Origin: Syntrophales bacterium
GTDB taxonomy: Bacteria; Desulfobacterota; Syntrophia; Syntrophales; UBA2210
Length of the DNA stretch: 64,000 bases
Assembly: GCA_963666365.2 (NCBI GenBank)
Contig: CAXXNF010000001.1
Coordinates: 217,281-281,280, forward strand
Direction: 5' to 3'
Shown: positions 18,010-26,850 of the stretch, piece by piece
How the letters are laid out: every line of letters starts with the position of its first letter
Numbering within the stretch: the stretch's first letter is position 1
The notes under the pieces: model-generated
Databases searched by the model: none
The model's input: only the letters and a program-made list of their open reading frames with translations
What the model was told of the DNA's origin: nothing
Position numbers and translations under genes: made by a program

Positions 18010-19491
18010 ATGACAAAGCATATAGTTCTGGTGGAAAACAAGCGAGACTGGAAGACGCACTTCCCCGACACTTTCGTTGTTTCAGCAAAGGATTATCTGG
18101 GACGTACGGAATATCACCAACTGCGTGACATCCGGGTTATTAATCTATGTCGCAACTATCGTTATCTGAGCATGGGCTATTACTGTTCGCTTCTCGCCAC
18201 CGCACGTCGGCACAAGATAATCCCTTCGGTACGAACGATCACCGACCTCAGCAGCCGTGCCATTTACAGCCTCAATACAGAAGATCTTGACCCGCTGGTA
18301 CAAAGGAGTCTGAAAAAGCGTAAAAACGATACACAGGAGGGACGTTACGAAATCGATATATTTTTCGGGCTCTGTCGCGACAAGGGGCTTCAGGAACTCG
18401 CCCGTCACATATTCGACCTCTTCCGCGCACCGCTTCTCAGGGTCGTGTTTCATCTGAACGGTACCTGGCACATCGAAGCAATCCGTCCGGTTCCCTTTCA
18501 AAATCTTACAGAGGAGCAGGAATCGCTCTTTTTCGATGCGTTCAGTGCCTATACCACCAGACGCTGGACCATTCCCAGGGAAGAAAAACCCGCCCGTTAT
18601 GATCTGGCAATTCTTTTCGACCCCACCGCACCGCTCCCCCCTTCCAACAAGCGGGCGATAAGAAAATTCGCCCGTGCAGGAGAAAAGCTGGGCATTGACG
18701 TTGATATAATCGGAAAAAAGGACTTCCCCCGCCTTGCCGAATATGATGCGCTGTTCATTCGCGAAACAACCAACATCGATCACTATACCTACCGTTTTTC
18801 AAAAAAAGCCGAGGCGGAAGGCATGGTGGTTATTGATGATCCCGATTCCATTGTGAAGTGCACCAACAAGGTCTACCTCACAGAATTACTCTCGGCAAAC
18901 CGCATACCGACGCCGAAAACCGCCGTGCTTCAAAAGCTGCGGGGAGGGCGTATCGGCGGCCTGCCTCCTTCAGTTTCATACCCGCTGGTGTTGAAAATTC
19001 CGGACGGCTCATTTTCCAGAGGCATTCATAAAGTGAGAAATTCGGACGAGCTGGGAAACATCGCATCACTCCTCTTCAAAGAATCGGACCTGATCCTGGC
19101 ACAGGAATTTCTCTACACGGCCTTCGACTGGCGTATCGGCATCCTCAACCGCACCCCTATTTACGCATGCCAGTATTTTATGTCGAAGCGGCATTGGCAG
19201 ATCGTAAAACACGAACCGTCAGGGCGATTCACCGAAGGAGATTCCATAGCGCTCCCCATTGAAAAAGCGCCGGAAAAAGTAGTCAAGACGGCGCTCAAGG
19301 CGGCAAACCTGATAGGGAACGGTCTTTACGGCGTTGATGTGAAGGAGACCGGTTCAAATGTCTTCATTATGGAAATCAACGACAACCCCAGTATCGACGC
19401 CGGCGTGGAGGACGAAGCACTGGGAAACCGGCTCTACGAAATCGTTATGGCCGAGTTTGTACGCCGTCTCGAGTCGCGACGGGCTCCTTGA
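18010..19491 (+). CDS. RimK-family ATP-grasp ligase with an N-terminal RimK-like accessory domain
   Basis: The ATG at 18010 begins MTKHIVLVENKRDW. ATP-grasp motifs are LVLKIPDGSFSRGIHKV and FIMEINDNPSIDAGVED. The track ORF start at 17878 overlaps the upstream gene and is unlikely. Confidence 0.8.
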   Translation: MTKHIVLVENKRDWKTHFPDTFVVSAKDYLGRTEYHQLRDIRVINLCRNYRYLSMGYYCSLLATARRHKIIPSVRTITDLSSRAIYSLNTEDLDPLVQRSLKKRKNDTQEGRYEIDIFFGLCRDKGLQELARHIFDLFRAPLLRVVFHLNGTWHIEAIRPVPFQNLTEEQESLFFDAFSAYTTRRWTIPREEKPARYDLAILFDPTAPLPPSNKRAIRKFARAGEKLGIDVDIIGKKDFPRLAEYDALFIRETTNIDHYTYRFSKKAEAEGMVVIDDPDSIVKCTNKVYLTELLSANRIPTPKTAVLQKLRGGRIGGLPPSVSYPLVLKIPDGSFSRGIHKVRNSDELGNIASLLFKESDLILAQEFLYTAFDWRIGILNRTPIYACQYFMSKRHWQIVKHEPSGRFTEGDSIALPIEKAPEKVVKTALKAANLIGNGLYGVDVKETGSNVFIMEINDNPSIDAGVEDEALGNRLYEIVMAEFVRRLESRRAP

Positions 19492-19798
19492 ATTCAGCCC
19501 GTGGAATGTTTTGCTGTTGCAACATTACCGGCGCTTTGATATGAAGCAGACGTATAGCGTGGTAAACCTTTCCCTCTTCAGGGAACGCACCACTCGCAAT
19601 CAATTGTGAGCGGGCATGCCGATCCGTGACGCCTTATAACAGGACCTGTGACGCAGTTCACAGCCGTTCCCGCCGACACCACCTTCGAGACAACCAGACG
19701 CTTAATCAGAACATTGATTCTACGGTCAGCAGATCCATGTCTCACAGTGATTGTGAGCAACAAGGACTTCGAGCAATGCGATCGCAAGGAGATGTGAA

Positions 19799-20947
19799 AT
19801 GCACTATGTAAACTGGGTTGATCCCGATATTGACGGCAACAAGGGAGCGCAGACAGCGGAACCGGATTCTCATGAAGGAATGCCTTCCACAAAACCGGCG
19901 GTTCGTTCTTTCAGACTGTCGTTTTACGGCGCCGGGGGCGAGTATTTCAAAATATGGATACTGAATCTGCTTTTAACCGTTCTCACGCTGGGAATATACG
20001 CCGCCTGGGCAAAGGTACGAAGCCGCCGATATTTTTATGCACAGACCCGTCTTATGGGACACCCCTTCGAATACCTGGCAAATCCGATAGCCATCCTGAA
20101 AGGGAATCTGATTATCGGCGGCAGTGCCGTCTGCTACGTGCTTGCGGGCCACTTTCTGCCCTGGGCGGGCTTTGCCGTAATGGGTATCTTTTACCTGATC
20201 ATCCCCTTCCTTATCTATAAATCGCTCAGATTCTATGCCCACAATTCTTCTTATCGGAATATAAGATTTCATTTCAGGGGCACATTACCACGAGCCTACG
20301 TCGTCTACCTTCTCTACCCGATTCTTATACCTCTCACACTGGGACTCATAGTTCCTTATTGGTCTCTGCAGCAAAAACGATACGTTATGAACAACATCGC
20401 CTACGGAACGACAAAGGCGGCGCTCAGTGCAAAAGCAGGATTTTTTTACAGAACCTATCTTAAGGTATTCTTCACTTCTTGCGCATTGGCCCTGGTAGGT
20501 ATCGCACTCATAGTCCTGTCGTTCCATCAATTTGCAGGAACACTGCACACAGCCTCTCCCAAAGCGGAACCGTTCCCAATGATGACTGCAGTAACGATAC
20601 TGTCCAATGTGATAACCTTTTTTTACATTATTCTGCTGCAGCAGTTTCTCTATGCCAGATTGACAAACTATACCTGGAGCGTTACAAAACTCGGTACAGT
20701 GCGTTTCGAATGCGGCCTCAAGGCCCGGGAGCTGATGTGGATACAGATCACCAATCTCCTGGCCATGATTGTCTCACTGGGGCTTCTCGTCCCTTGGGCC
20801 AAAATTCGTAAAACAAGGTATATTCTTGAAAATATCACGGTAAAAACCGACGGCGATCTGGCAGGATTCATGGCCTCTTCTGAAGAAAGCATAAGCGCCG
20901 TAGGCGACGCGGCAACCGACATTTTTGATGTGGATATCGGACTATGA
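19799..20947 (+). CDS. DUF898 (YjgN-like) membrane protein
   Basis: GEYFKIWILNLLLTVLTLGIYAAWAKVRSRRYFYAQTRL and a second LGLLVPWAKIRKTRY repeat are typical of DUF898. AAGGAG RBS 7 nt upstream. Confidence 0.75.
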   Translation: MHYVNWVDPDIDGNKGAQTAEPDSHEGMPSTKPAVRSFRLSFYGAGGEYFKIWILNLLLTVLTLGIYAAWAKVRSRRYFYAQTRLMGHPFEYLANPIAILKGNLIIGGSAVCYVLAGHFLPWAGFAVMGIFYLIIPFLIYKSLRFYAHNSSYRNIRFHFRGTLPRAYVVYLLYPILIPLTLGLIVPYWSLQQKRYVMNNIAYGTTKAALSAKAGFFYRTYLKVFFTSCALALVGIALIVLSFHQFAGTLHTASPKAEPFPMMTAVTILSNVITFFYIILLQQFLYARLTNYTWSVTKLGTVRFECGLKARELMWIQITNLLAMIVSLGLLVPWAKIRKTRYILENITVKTDGDLAGFMASSEESISAVGDAATDIFDVDIGL

Positions 20948-21981
20948 TCGAATTTCGCGGTACCTATTTCGATGGAAAAATGTCCATGGGACATAGCGTA
21001 GCCGTCCGTGTCACTGAAGGGGTTCTTTCGGTATACGACATAGAAAATCGAAAGATCGTGGAACTACCCGTCCATTGGACAACATTTGATCCCCCACTCG
21101 GTCGGACTCACCGAACAATAACCTTTCCTGGCGGTGGAAAGATCCTAACCTACAATTTTGATGCCTTCGACCGTCTTCAACACACACTCGGAAAAAATTC
21201 GTGGACCTTTCTCCTCTGTCGGTTGGAATCACATTGGACATCCGTGTTGATTGGCCTGACTGTACTCATTGTCTGTGTTTTTTTCTTTACGTTCTGCGGA
21301 ATTCCCTGGGGTGCAAAAATAGCGGCATCATTCATCCCTTTTCAACTGAAGGAATCAATCAGTACCCAAACGCTGAATCTGCTTGATAAACAATTTCTTT
21401 CTCCCTCGACACTTGAACGGGAAAAAGCCGAATGTATTCAGAGATGCTTCACTGCAGTCATTGAAGATATGGCCTTATCGGGCGCCTATCGTCTTGAACT
21501 TCGCAAAGGAAATCGTCTGTCCGCCAATGCCTTCGCGCTTCCTTCGGGCATCATTGTTTTCACCGACGAACTGGCGGGGTTGGTCGAATCAGACGAAGAA
21601 GCTGCAGGCATATTCGCCCACGAGATATGCCACGTGGAGCATCATCACGGCGTGCGCAGCGTTATTCAAAATACGGGCATCTTTTTGTTACTAGCCATTC
21701 TCGCAGGCGATGTGGCGTCGATTACGTCAGTCTCCGCATCGCTTCCTACAATTTTTATCGAAGCGGGATATTCGCGCCGATTTGAAAACGAAGCCGATGA
21801 GGCGGCCGCTCGCTACCTTCTTCGAAAAGGATACGGCATAGGACCGTACAGAGACATTCTGATGCGGATCCGCGAGCAGTCGCCTCATAAAGCACGCATT
21901 TCCTGGCTCTCTTCACATCCGGCGTTGGCGGACCGTCTCTCCCGTATAGACGCCATCGGGAACGATCCGGACGTTCAGTAA
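20944..21981 (+). CDS. M48-family zinc metallopeptidase with an N-terminal membrane anchor
   Basis: HEICHVEHHH (HExxH) and a downstream ENEADE motif. The ATGA overlaps the DUF898 gene stop. Confidence 0.8.
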   Translation: MIEFRGTYFDGKMSMGHSVAVRVTEGVLSVYDIENRKIVELPVHWTTFDPPLGRTHRTITFPGGGKILTYNFDAFDRLQHTLGKNSWTFLLCRLESHWTSVLIGLTVLIVCVFFFTFCGIPWGAKIAASFIPFQLKESISTQTLNLLDKQFLSPSTLEREKAECIQRCFTAVIEDMALSGAYRLELRKGNRLSANAFALPSGIIVFTDELAGLVESDEEAAGIFAHEICHVEHHHGVRSVIQNTGIFLLLAILAGDVASITSVSASLPTIFIEAGYSRRFENEADEAAARYLLRKGYGIGPYRDILMRIREQSPHKARISWLSSHPALADRLSRIDAIGNDPDVQ

Positions 21982-22025
21982 GGAACCCCTTCGCCACCTG
22001 CATAACGCAGAGCGTCTCACATCGA

Positions 22026-23162
22026 TTATTTTCTGAGCAGCGTTCTGCCGATGATCAGTCTCTGGATTTCACTGGTCCCTTCATACACCCGGAGCGGACG
22101 TATCTCCCGGTAGAGCCTCTCCACCACGGATCCTCGCAGAACGCCGATGCCGCCGTGGATCTGAACGGCCTCGTCAACGGCCCGCCACCCCGCTTCGGTG
22201 GCGTACAGCTTGGCCATGGACGAAGCGAGGCTTACATCGGGGGCGTTCGTATCTTTCTTTATGGCGGCCCGGTAGACGAGCAGTCTCGCCGCCATAAGTT
22301 CCGTGGCCATATCGGCCAGTTTGAACATGATCCCCTGCTGGCCGGCAATAGGCGACCCGAACTGCACCCGCTGGGGCGCATAGGCAAGGGCCTCGTCCAG
22401 GGCCCTTTGTCCCATCCCGAGTGCTGCGGCGCCGACGGTCACCCGCATGAGATCAAGGGTCTGCATTGCCAGTTTAAAGCCGTCGCCCGGATTACCGACA
22501 AGATTTTCCGTCGGTACAAACACCTTGTCCATACTGAGGCTGACAATATCGTGGGCAGCCATGATAGTGAGACGATTGTCCACCTCGAAGCCCGGCATCC
22601 CCTTTTTGAAGATAAAGGCAGAGATGGAACGGGGATTCTCATCGGTAGCGGTCTTGGCAAAGACGACCCCCATGTGGGCCGAGTAGCCGTTCGAGATAAA
22701 CCGTTTTCTTCCGGAAATGGAGTACCCGCCTTCGACGGGGGTGGCCGCGGTTTCCAGACTCGACACATCCGATCCCGCCGCCGGCTCGGTCAGTGCAAAG
22801 GTGGACAGTATCTCGCCGGTTGCAATCCCCGGCAGATAGGCCTTCTTCTGGTTCTCCGTCCCGGCCAGCACGATCGGGTGAGATCCCAGCCCCTGGAGCG
22901 CCAGGGTCACATCGGCCGGCCCGTAGGTCCCCGCCAGAACCTCCCTGGCAAGACAGACGCGAAGGGCGCTGACGCCATACCCGCCGTATGTCTCGGGAAT
23001 AAGATACTTGAAGAATCCTTCATCTGCCAGGCTTTGCCGCAGCTCGTCGGGCACCTCGTAAATCTCCCCGTACTTCTTCGCCAGGTTCGCCAGCGCACCA
23101 GCAGCATACTCCCGGCATCGGACCTGGTAGACCCGATCTTCCGCACTCAATATGGACTCCAT
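22026..23162 (-). CDS. Acyl-CoA dehydrogenase
   Basis: 378 aa with LTEPAAGSDVSSLET and a C-terminal YREIRPLRVYEGTSEIQRLIIGR signature. Confidence 0.85.
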   Translation of the reverse strand: MESILSAEDRVYQVRCREYAAGALANLAKKYGEIYEVPDELRQSLADEGFFKYLIPETYGGYGVSALRVCLAREVLAGTYGPADVTLALQGLGSHPIVLAGTENQKKAYLPGIATGEILSTFALTEPAAGSDVSSLETAATPVEGGYSISGRKRFISNGYSAHMGVVFAKTATDENPRSISAFIFKKGMPGFEVDNRLTIMAAHDIVSLSMDKVFVPTENLVGNPGDGFKLAMQTLDLMRVTVGAAALGMGQRALDEALAYAPQRVQFGSPIAGQQGIMFKLADMATELMAARLLVYRAAIKKDTNAPDVSLASSMAKLYATEAGWRAVDEAVQIHGGIGVLRGSVVERLYREIRPLRVYEGTSEIQRLIIGRTLLRK

Positions 23163-23253
23163 ACACGCTCCCTCACTTTCTATGACCTCTTACGGTTTCA
23201 TCATATTCAGACATTAAAGATTTAAAATTGATACACGCCCTTGAACCACTTTT

Positions 23254-24483
23254 TTAGGGCACCCCCTTGGACTTAATGGCAAAAACAGCGCGATTGACCG
23301 TTTCCAAGGCCTCGGGGCGCCCGTTTTTAAGGGTTTCCCGGGCCTCTTCGACAAGCTGTCGCAGCCCGTCGTCATATTTTCCCCACCGTTTCACAAAGGA
23401 AAGATAGCCGCCTTCGGTATAGCGTTCGAAAATAACACGGGCCCTGTCAAATTCCGACATCTCCTGGTATGCATCAATCGCGGCGCACATGTTCCCTTTT
23501 ATTTTTGAAAAGGTCCCCTTGACGGTAAAAAGCGGGTTGGTCATCTGGAGCGTTTCGAAAGTGCAGTCGAATGTCAGACCTTCGATAAGCGCCCGGAGCT
23601 CATCGATCATCAGGTCGTCGCCGGGCGGAACGAATTCGCCGGCACGCCACCGTTCATAAAGCAGTGAGTTCTCCTGTACCGCAAGGCTGCGCACCCGCAC
23701 TTCCGACGGCTTTATTTCATTAAGAACGGAAAGCGTATCCACAATATGACACCGTGAACGATCCTCAACGCCCCCCGCAAGGCCGGGCATGACAAAGGCG
23801 GCCATGGAAATTCCCGATCTCATAACCGCTCGTCCTCCTTCGATGTGCTCCTTGTGCGTGACCCCCTTTTTCATGAAGGAAAGCACGTCGTCGCAACCCG
23901 ACTCCAGGCCCACATAGCACCAGGTCAACCCGGCATCATGCAACTCCGCCAGTTCCTCCGGGTGCTTGTGCTGACAGGTTTTCGCTCTCCCATAGGAAGA
24001 GACCGTCGTTACGGAAGGAAAGGTTTTTTTCAGATGCCGGATCGTCTCAACAAGTTCCGGTGTTTTCATTATGAGGGCATCGGCATCCTGGAGAAAGACC
24101 CGTTTTGCACCGCAAAGAATCCAGTTGACCACGGCACCCAGGGTATCGGCGGCCCGGGCCTGTGCAAAGGTCATGTCGACCGGGTAGGTTCCGTAGGCGG
24201 CAGGGTAGCGGCGCAGCATCTCTCTGACCGTTTCGCCGCTGATTCTGCCGCTGGTCCCCATCTCCAGCGATATCGATTCGAGTTCGTCACGAAGGCGGGC
24301 CACGATATCGATATCGCCCTTGATTTCATCCAGGCTTCGCAGACTGAATCGTCTGTTTTTGTACACGGAACAGAAGAGACATCGATTCCAGGGGCAGTGG
24401 CGGTTCACACGAAATATCAGCGCTTCCTTCTCGCCGATGGGTCCCATGGGACCCAGTTCGATTGTCGCGTCCTTCGGCTCCAT
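23254..24483 (-). CDS. Radical SAM-like protein with a non-canonical Cys spacing
   Basis: N-terminal HCPWNRCLFCSVY cluster motif (CX4CX2C as read), and a TIM-barrel-like length of 409 aa. Confidence 0.65.
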   Translation of the reverse strand: MEPKDATIELGPMGPIGEKEALIFRVNRHCPWNRCLFCSVYKNRRFSLRSLDEIKGDIDIVARLRDELESISLEMGTSGRISGETVREMLRRYPAAYGTYPVDMTFAQARAADTLGAVVNWILCGAKRVFLQDADALIMKTPELVETIRHLKKTFPSVTTVSSYGRAKTCQHKHPEELAELHDAGLTWCYVGLESGCDDVLSFMKKGVTHKEHIEGGRAVMRSGISMAAFVMPGLAGGVEDRSRCHIVDTLSVLNEIKPSEVRVRSLAVQENSLLYERWRAGEFVPPGDDLMIDELRALIEGLTFDCTFETLQMTNPLFTVKGTFSKIKGNMCAAIDAYQEMSEFDRARVIFERYTEGGYLSFVKRWGKYDDGLRQLVEEARETLKNGRPEALETVNRAVFAIKSKGVP

Positions 24484-24519
24484 TTATTTTATTTTCTAAG
24501 CAACTGATTCATTTTTCCC

Positions 24520-24581
24520 CGCAGAGACGCCAAGACACAGAGAAAAAAATTATATTCCCCTTTGTCCTCAGCGTCTCTGCG
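24520..24581. repeat. 11-bp perfect inverted repeat in the leader of the radical SAM gene
   Basis: CGCAGAGACGC (24520-24530) and GCGTCTCTGCG (24571-24581) are separated by 40 nt. On the minus strand a TATAAT lies at 24646-24641. Confidence 0.4.
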
Positions 24582-24700
24582 CCTCTGCACGAAATTTTGC
24601 TTTTCCGGTATGCTGCCCGAAAAACTTTGAGTTATTTTCCATTATAATGCTGATGTGTCGGCATAGTTGAGCTTTTTAAAAACCTTTCCGGCTCGGGACC

Positions 24701-26404
24701 TTATTTGTCCCACTTCCCTTCGGAACGCAGACGCTCCACAATTGCCTTCGCCTGTTCCTTGAGGGTCACGTAATCGGTCTTCGCCACCCGGTTGAGGGGG
24801 ATCTCCCCCACCTTGACGACCTCTATGTGAGAAGGCCGTGAATAGGCCGAAATCTGCTTGCAGGCTTCATTGATGTCGTCGGCTGTAATGTTCTCGCCGT
24901 CGGGCACCTCGACAAAGGCTATAATGCCCTCCGTAAAGACATCGTGCTCTGCGCCGACCACGGCGACGGTTCCCAGTCTCCCCTTGAAGCTGTGCTCGAT
25001 GTGATTTTCCACATCCCCGGGAAAAACCTGATATCCTTTCGGTTTGATGACCATTTTACCCCTGCCGGCGAAATGAAGCCCCTCATCGTCGTAGTAACCC
25101 AAATCTCCCGTATATACGATCCCGTCCGACGAGATCGTCTTTGCCGTGTTTTCGGGATCTCCCAAATAGCCCAGAAACACCTGCGGCCCCTGGAAGCAGA
25201 TTTCGCCTACCTCTCCGGCCGGCTTTTCATCACCGGCGGATCCGTCCTTTTTCATCATGCCGCGGATGCTGATGGGAAAGAAGGGCATCGCATAGCCGAT
25301 CCCTTTCATGATGTCGTCCACTGTGGAAGGTATGTCAGTATAGGTGCAGAATCCCCCCGTCTCCGTCAGCCCCAGACCGGTGGCGATTTCCGGGGCCATG
25401 GTCTGCATCTTCTCAAGAAACTGCCGTGAGACCGCCTGGCCGCCGTAGATGGCCATCTTGATACTGGAGAGATCGTAGCTGTCGTAATCGGGAAGTCGCC
25501 ATTCCATGTTGAAAAGCGCCGGGATCTGGCCCAGATGGGTGATCTTGTGTTCCTGCACGGCTTCGAGACTCAGCTTTGGATCGAAGATGTGAAGAATCAC
25601 CGGCGTGGCCCCCATGAAAAGGGGAGTCTGCAGCAGCTCGGTGGTGCATCCCACATGCGAAGGGGGCAGATTGACCAGCATTCTGCTGGATTCATCCATT
25701 TCAAAGGCCACACCGAGCGCCACATTCTGCACGAGAATGTTCTCATGGCAGAGCAGGGCAGGTTTCGGTGAACCGGTGGAACCGGTGGTAAAAATGATGA
25801 GACAGGGATCACGCCTGTCCACGAGTTCCCGGGCCTTTTGCACCACCCCCGTTTCCAGGCTCTTCATAAATATCTCAGGGATGTCCTTTGCGAATTCAGC
25901 GAGACCGACTGCCCCTTCCATGACAAGATCCGCTTCCTTCTGTACCTGGACCCAGGTTGTGATCGAAGGAGTTGTTTTCATCACTTCTTCCACCATGGGA
26001 CGGAAATCGGCCATGAGCGTCTTTCCCAGAAAGAAATAGGCCTTGGGCTCTATCTTGCCCATTGCGTACTGGATCTCGGCAACCTTGAGACGCAGGTCCA
26101 GAGGAGCAAGAATAACGCCTATCCGGTAGCAGGCGTACATCAGGTACACATGCTCCTTTAACAGAGGAAGTGACGTCGCAATAATGTCCCCTTTCTTCAG
26201 TCCCATCGAGAGCAGTTTTGCGGCAAAGGCGGACACGGCCATGTCGAAGGCCTGCCAGGTGATTTTTTCGCCTGTATTGTGTTCGATGAGCGCGGTTGCG
26301 TTCGGTTTTTCCTGTGCATATTTGGCCACACAGTCGGCAATGTTCGGTACGATGTCCTGCAGCAGCTTCTCGGCACGTGCTATCTTCTCCTGACTAATCG
26401 GCAT
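24701..26404 (-). CDS. AMP-dependent acyl-CoA synthetase/ligase
   Basis: AMP-binding motif IIFTTGSTGSPKPAL, with YTGDLGYYDDEG and a C-terminal GEIPLNRVAKTD. Confidence 0.85.
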   Translation of the reverse strand: MPISQEKIARAEKLLQDIVPNIADCVAKYAQEKPNATALIEHNTGEKITWQAFDMAVSAFAAKLLSMGLKKGDIIATSLPLLKEHVYLMYACYRIGVILAPLDLRLKVAEIQYAMGKIEPKAYFFLGKTLMADFRPMVEEVMKTTPSITTWVQVQKEADLVMEGAVGLAEFAKDIPEIFMKSLETGVVQKARELVDRRDPCLIIFTTGSTGSPKPALLCHENILVQNVALGVAFEMDESSRMLVNLPPSHVGCTTELLQTPLFMGATPVILHIFDPKLSLEAVQEHKITHLGQIPALFNMEWRLPDYDSYDLSSIKMAIYGGQAVSRQFLEKMQTMAPEIATGLGLTETGGFCTYTDIPSTVDDIMKGIGYAMPFFPISIRGMMKKDGSAGDEKPAGEVGEICFQGPQVFLGYLGDPENTAKTISSDGIVYTGDLGYYDDEGLHFAGRGKMVIKPKGYQVFPGDVENHIEHSFKGRLGTVAVVGAEHDVFTEGIIAFVEVPDGENITADDINEACKQISAYSRPSHIEVVKVGEIPLNRVAKTDYVTLKEQAKAIVERLRSEGKWDK

Positions 26405-26440
26405 ATCCCTGACCTCCCCTTTTTATTGTACACACCCCTA

Positions 26441-26626
26441 CTATGCCTGATTTGCTATCACATTGTCACATTCGCTGCAACCATAGAACTCTTTAGAACG
26501 GCAATTTGCAGATAAATAGTATTTTCCATCTATTGCGACAGCGTCCGTTTTCATTAATCGTACAAATTCGTCCAGCACAACCCGGCTATCTCCGGAGCAG
26601 CAATTCCTTGAACCCACGAGCACCAC
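26441..26626 (-). CDS. Small Cys-rich ORF (hypothetical, weak)
   Basis: 61-aa GTG-start ORF (..NCCSGD...ANC...GCSEC..) in the 446-bp gap between the ALDH-ADH and ligase genes. The RBS is poor. Confidence 0.25.
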   Translation of the reverse strand: MVLVGSRNCCSGDSRVVLDEFVRLMKTDAVAIDGKYYLSANCRSKEFYGCSECDNVIANQA

Positions 26627-26850
26627 TATGGTCCCGAATAAACCTCTCTTATCTTGCCGTCCGTAATGAAATGAATCAGTGACGGGATTAATCTGTGCAC
26701 CCGTTCAAGGAATCTTGCAGTGAATCCGGGTGTGATGAGATATCGGTTTTTTTGAACATAGAATCACCCCCTATGGATGCCTCCCGCCCAAACTACGGAA
26801 TTATGATCCGTGACCAGGGCAGAATGTGCCCCGGTCACGCGAACACGGCT

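Noticed and set aside
19578-19892. The 104-aa minus-strand ORF in the leader of the DUF898 gene, and other 60-100-aa intergenic ORFs (for example 827-1223, 6923-7171 and 26695-26934).
   Set aside because: They have no RBS, their composition is biased and Cys/Arg/Ser-rich, they overlap better-supported genes or leaders, and they show no recognisable motif.
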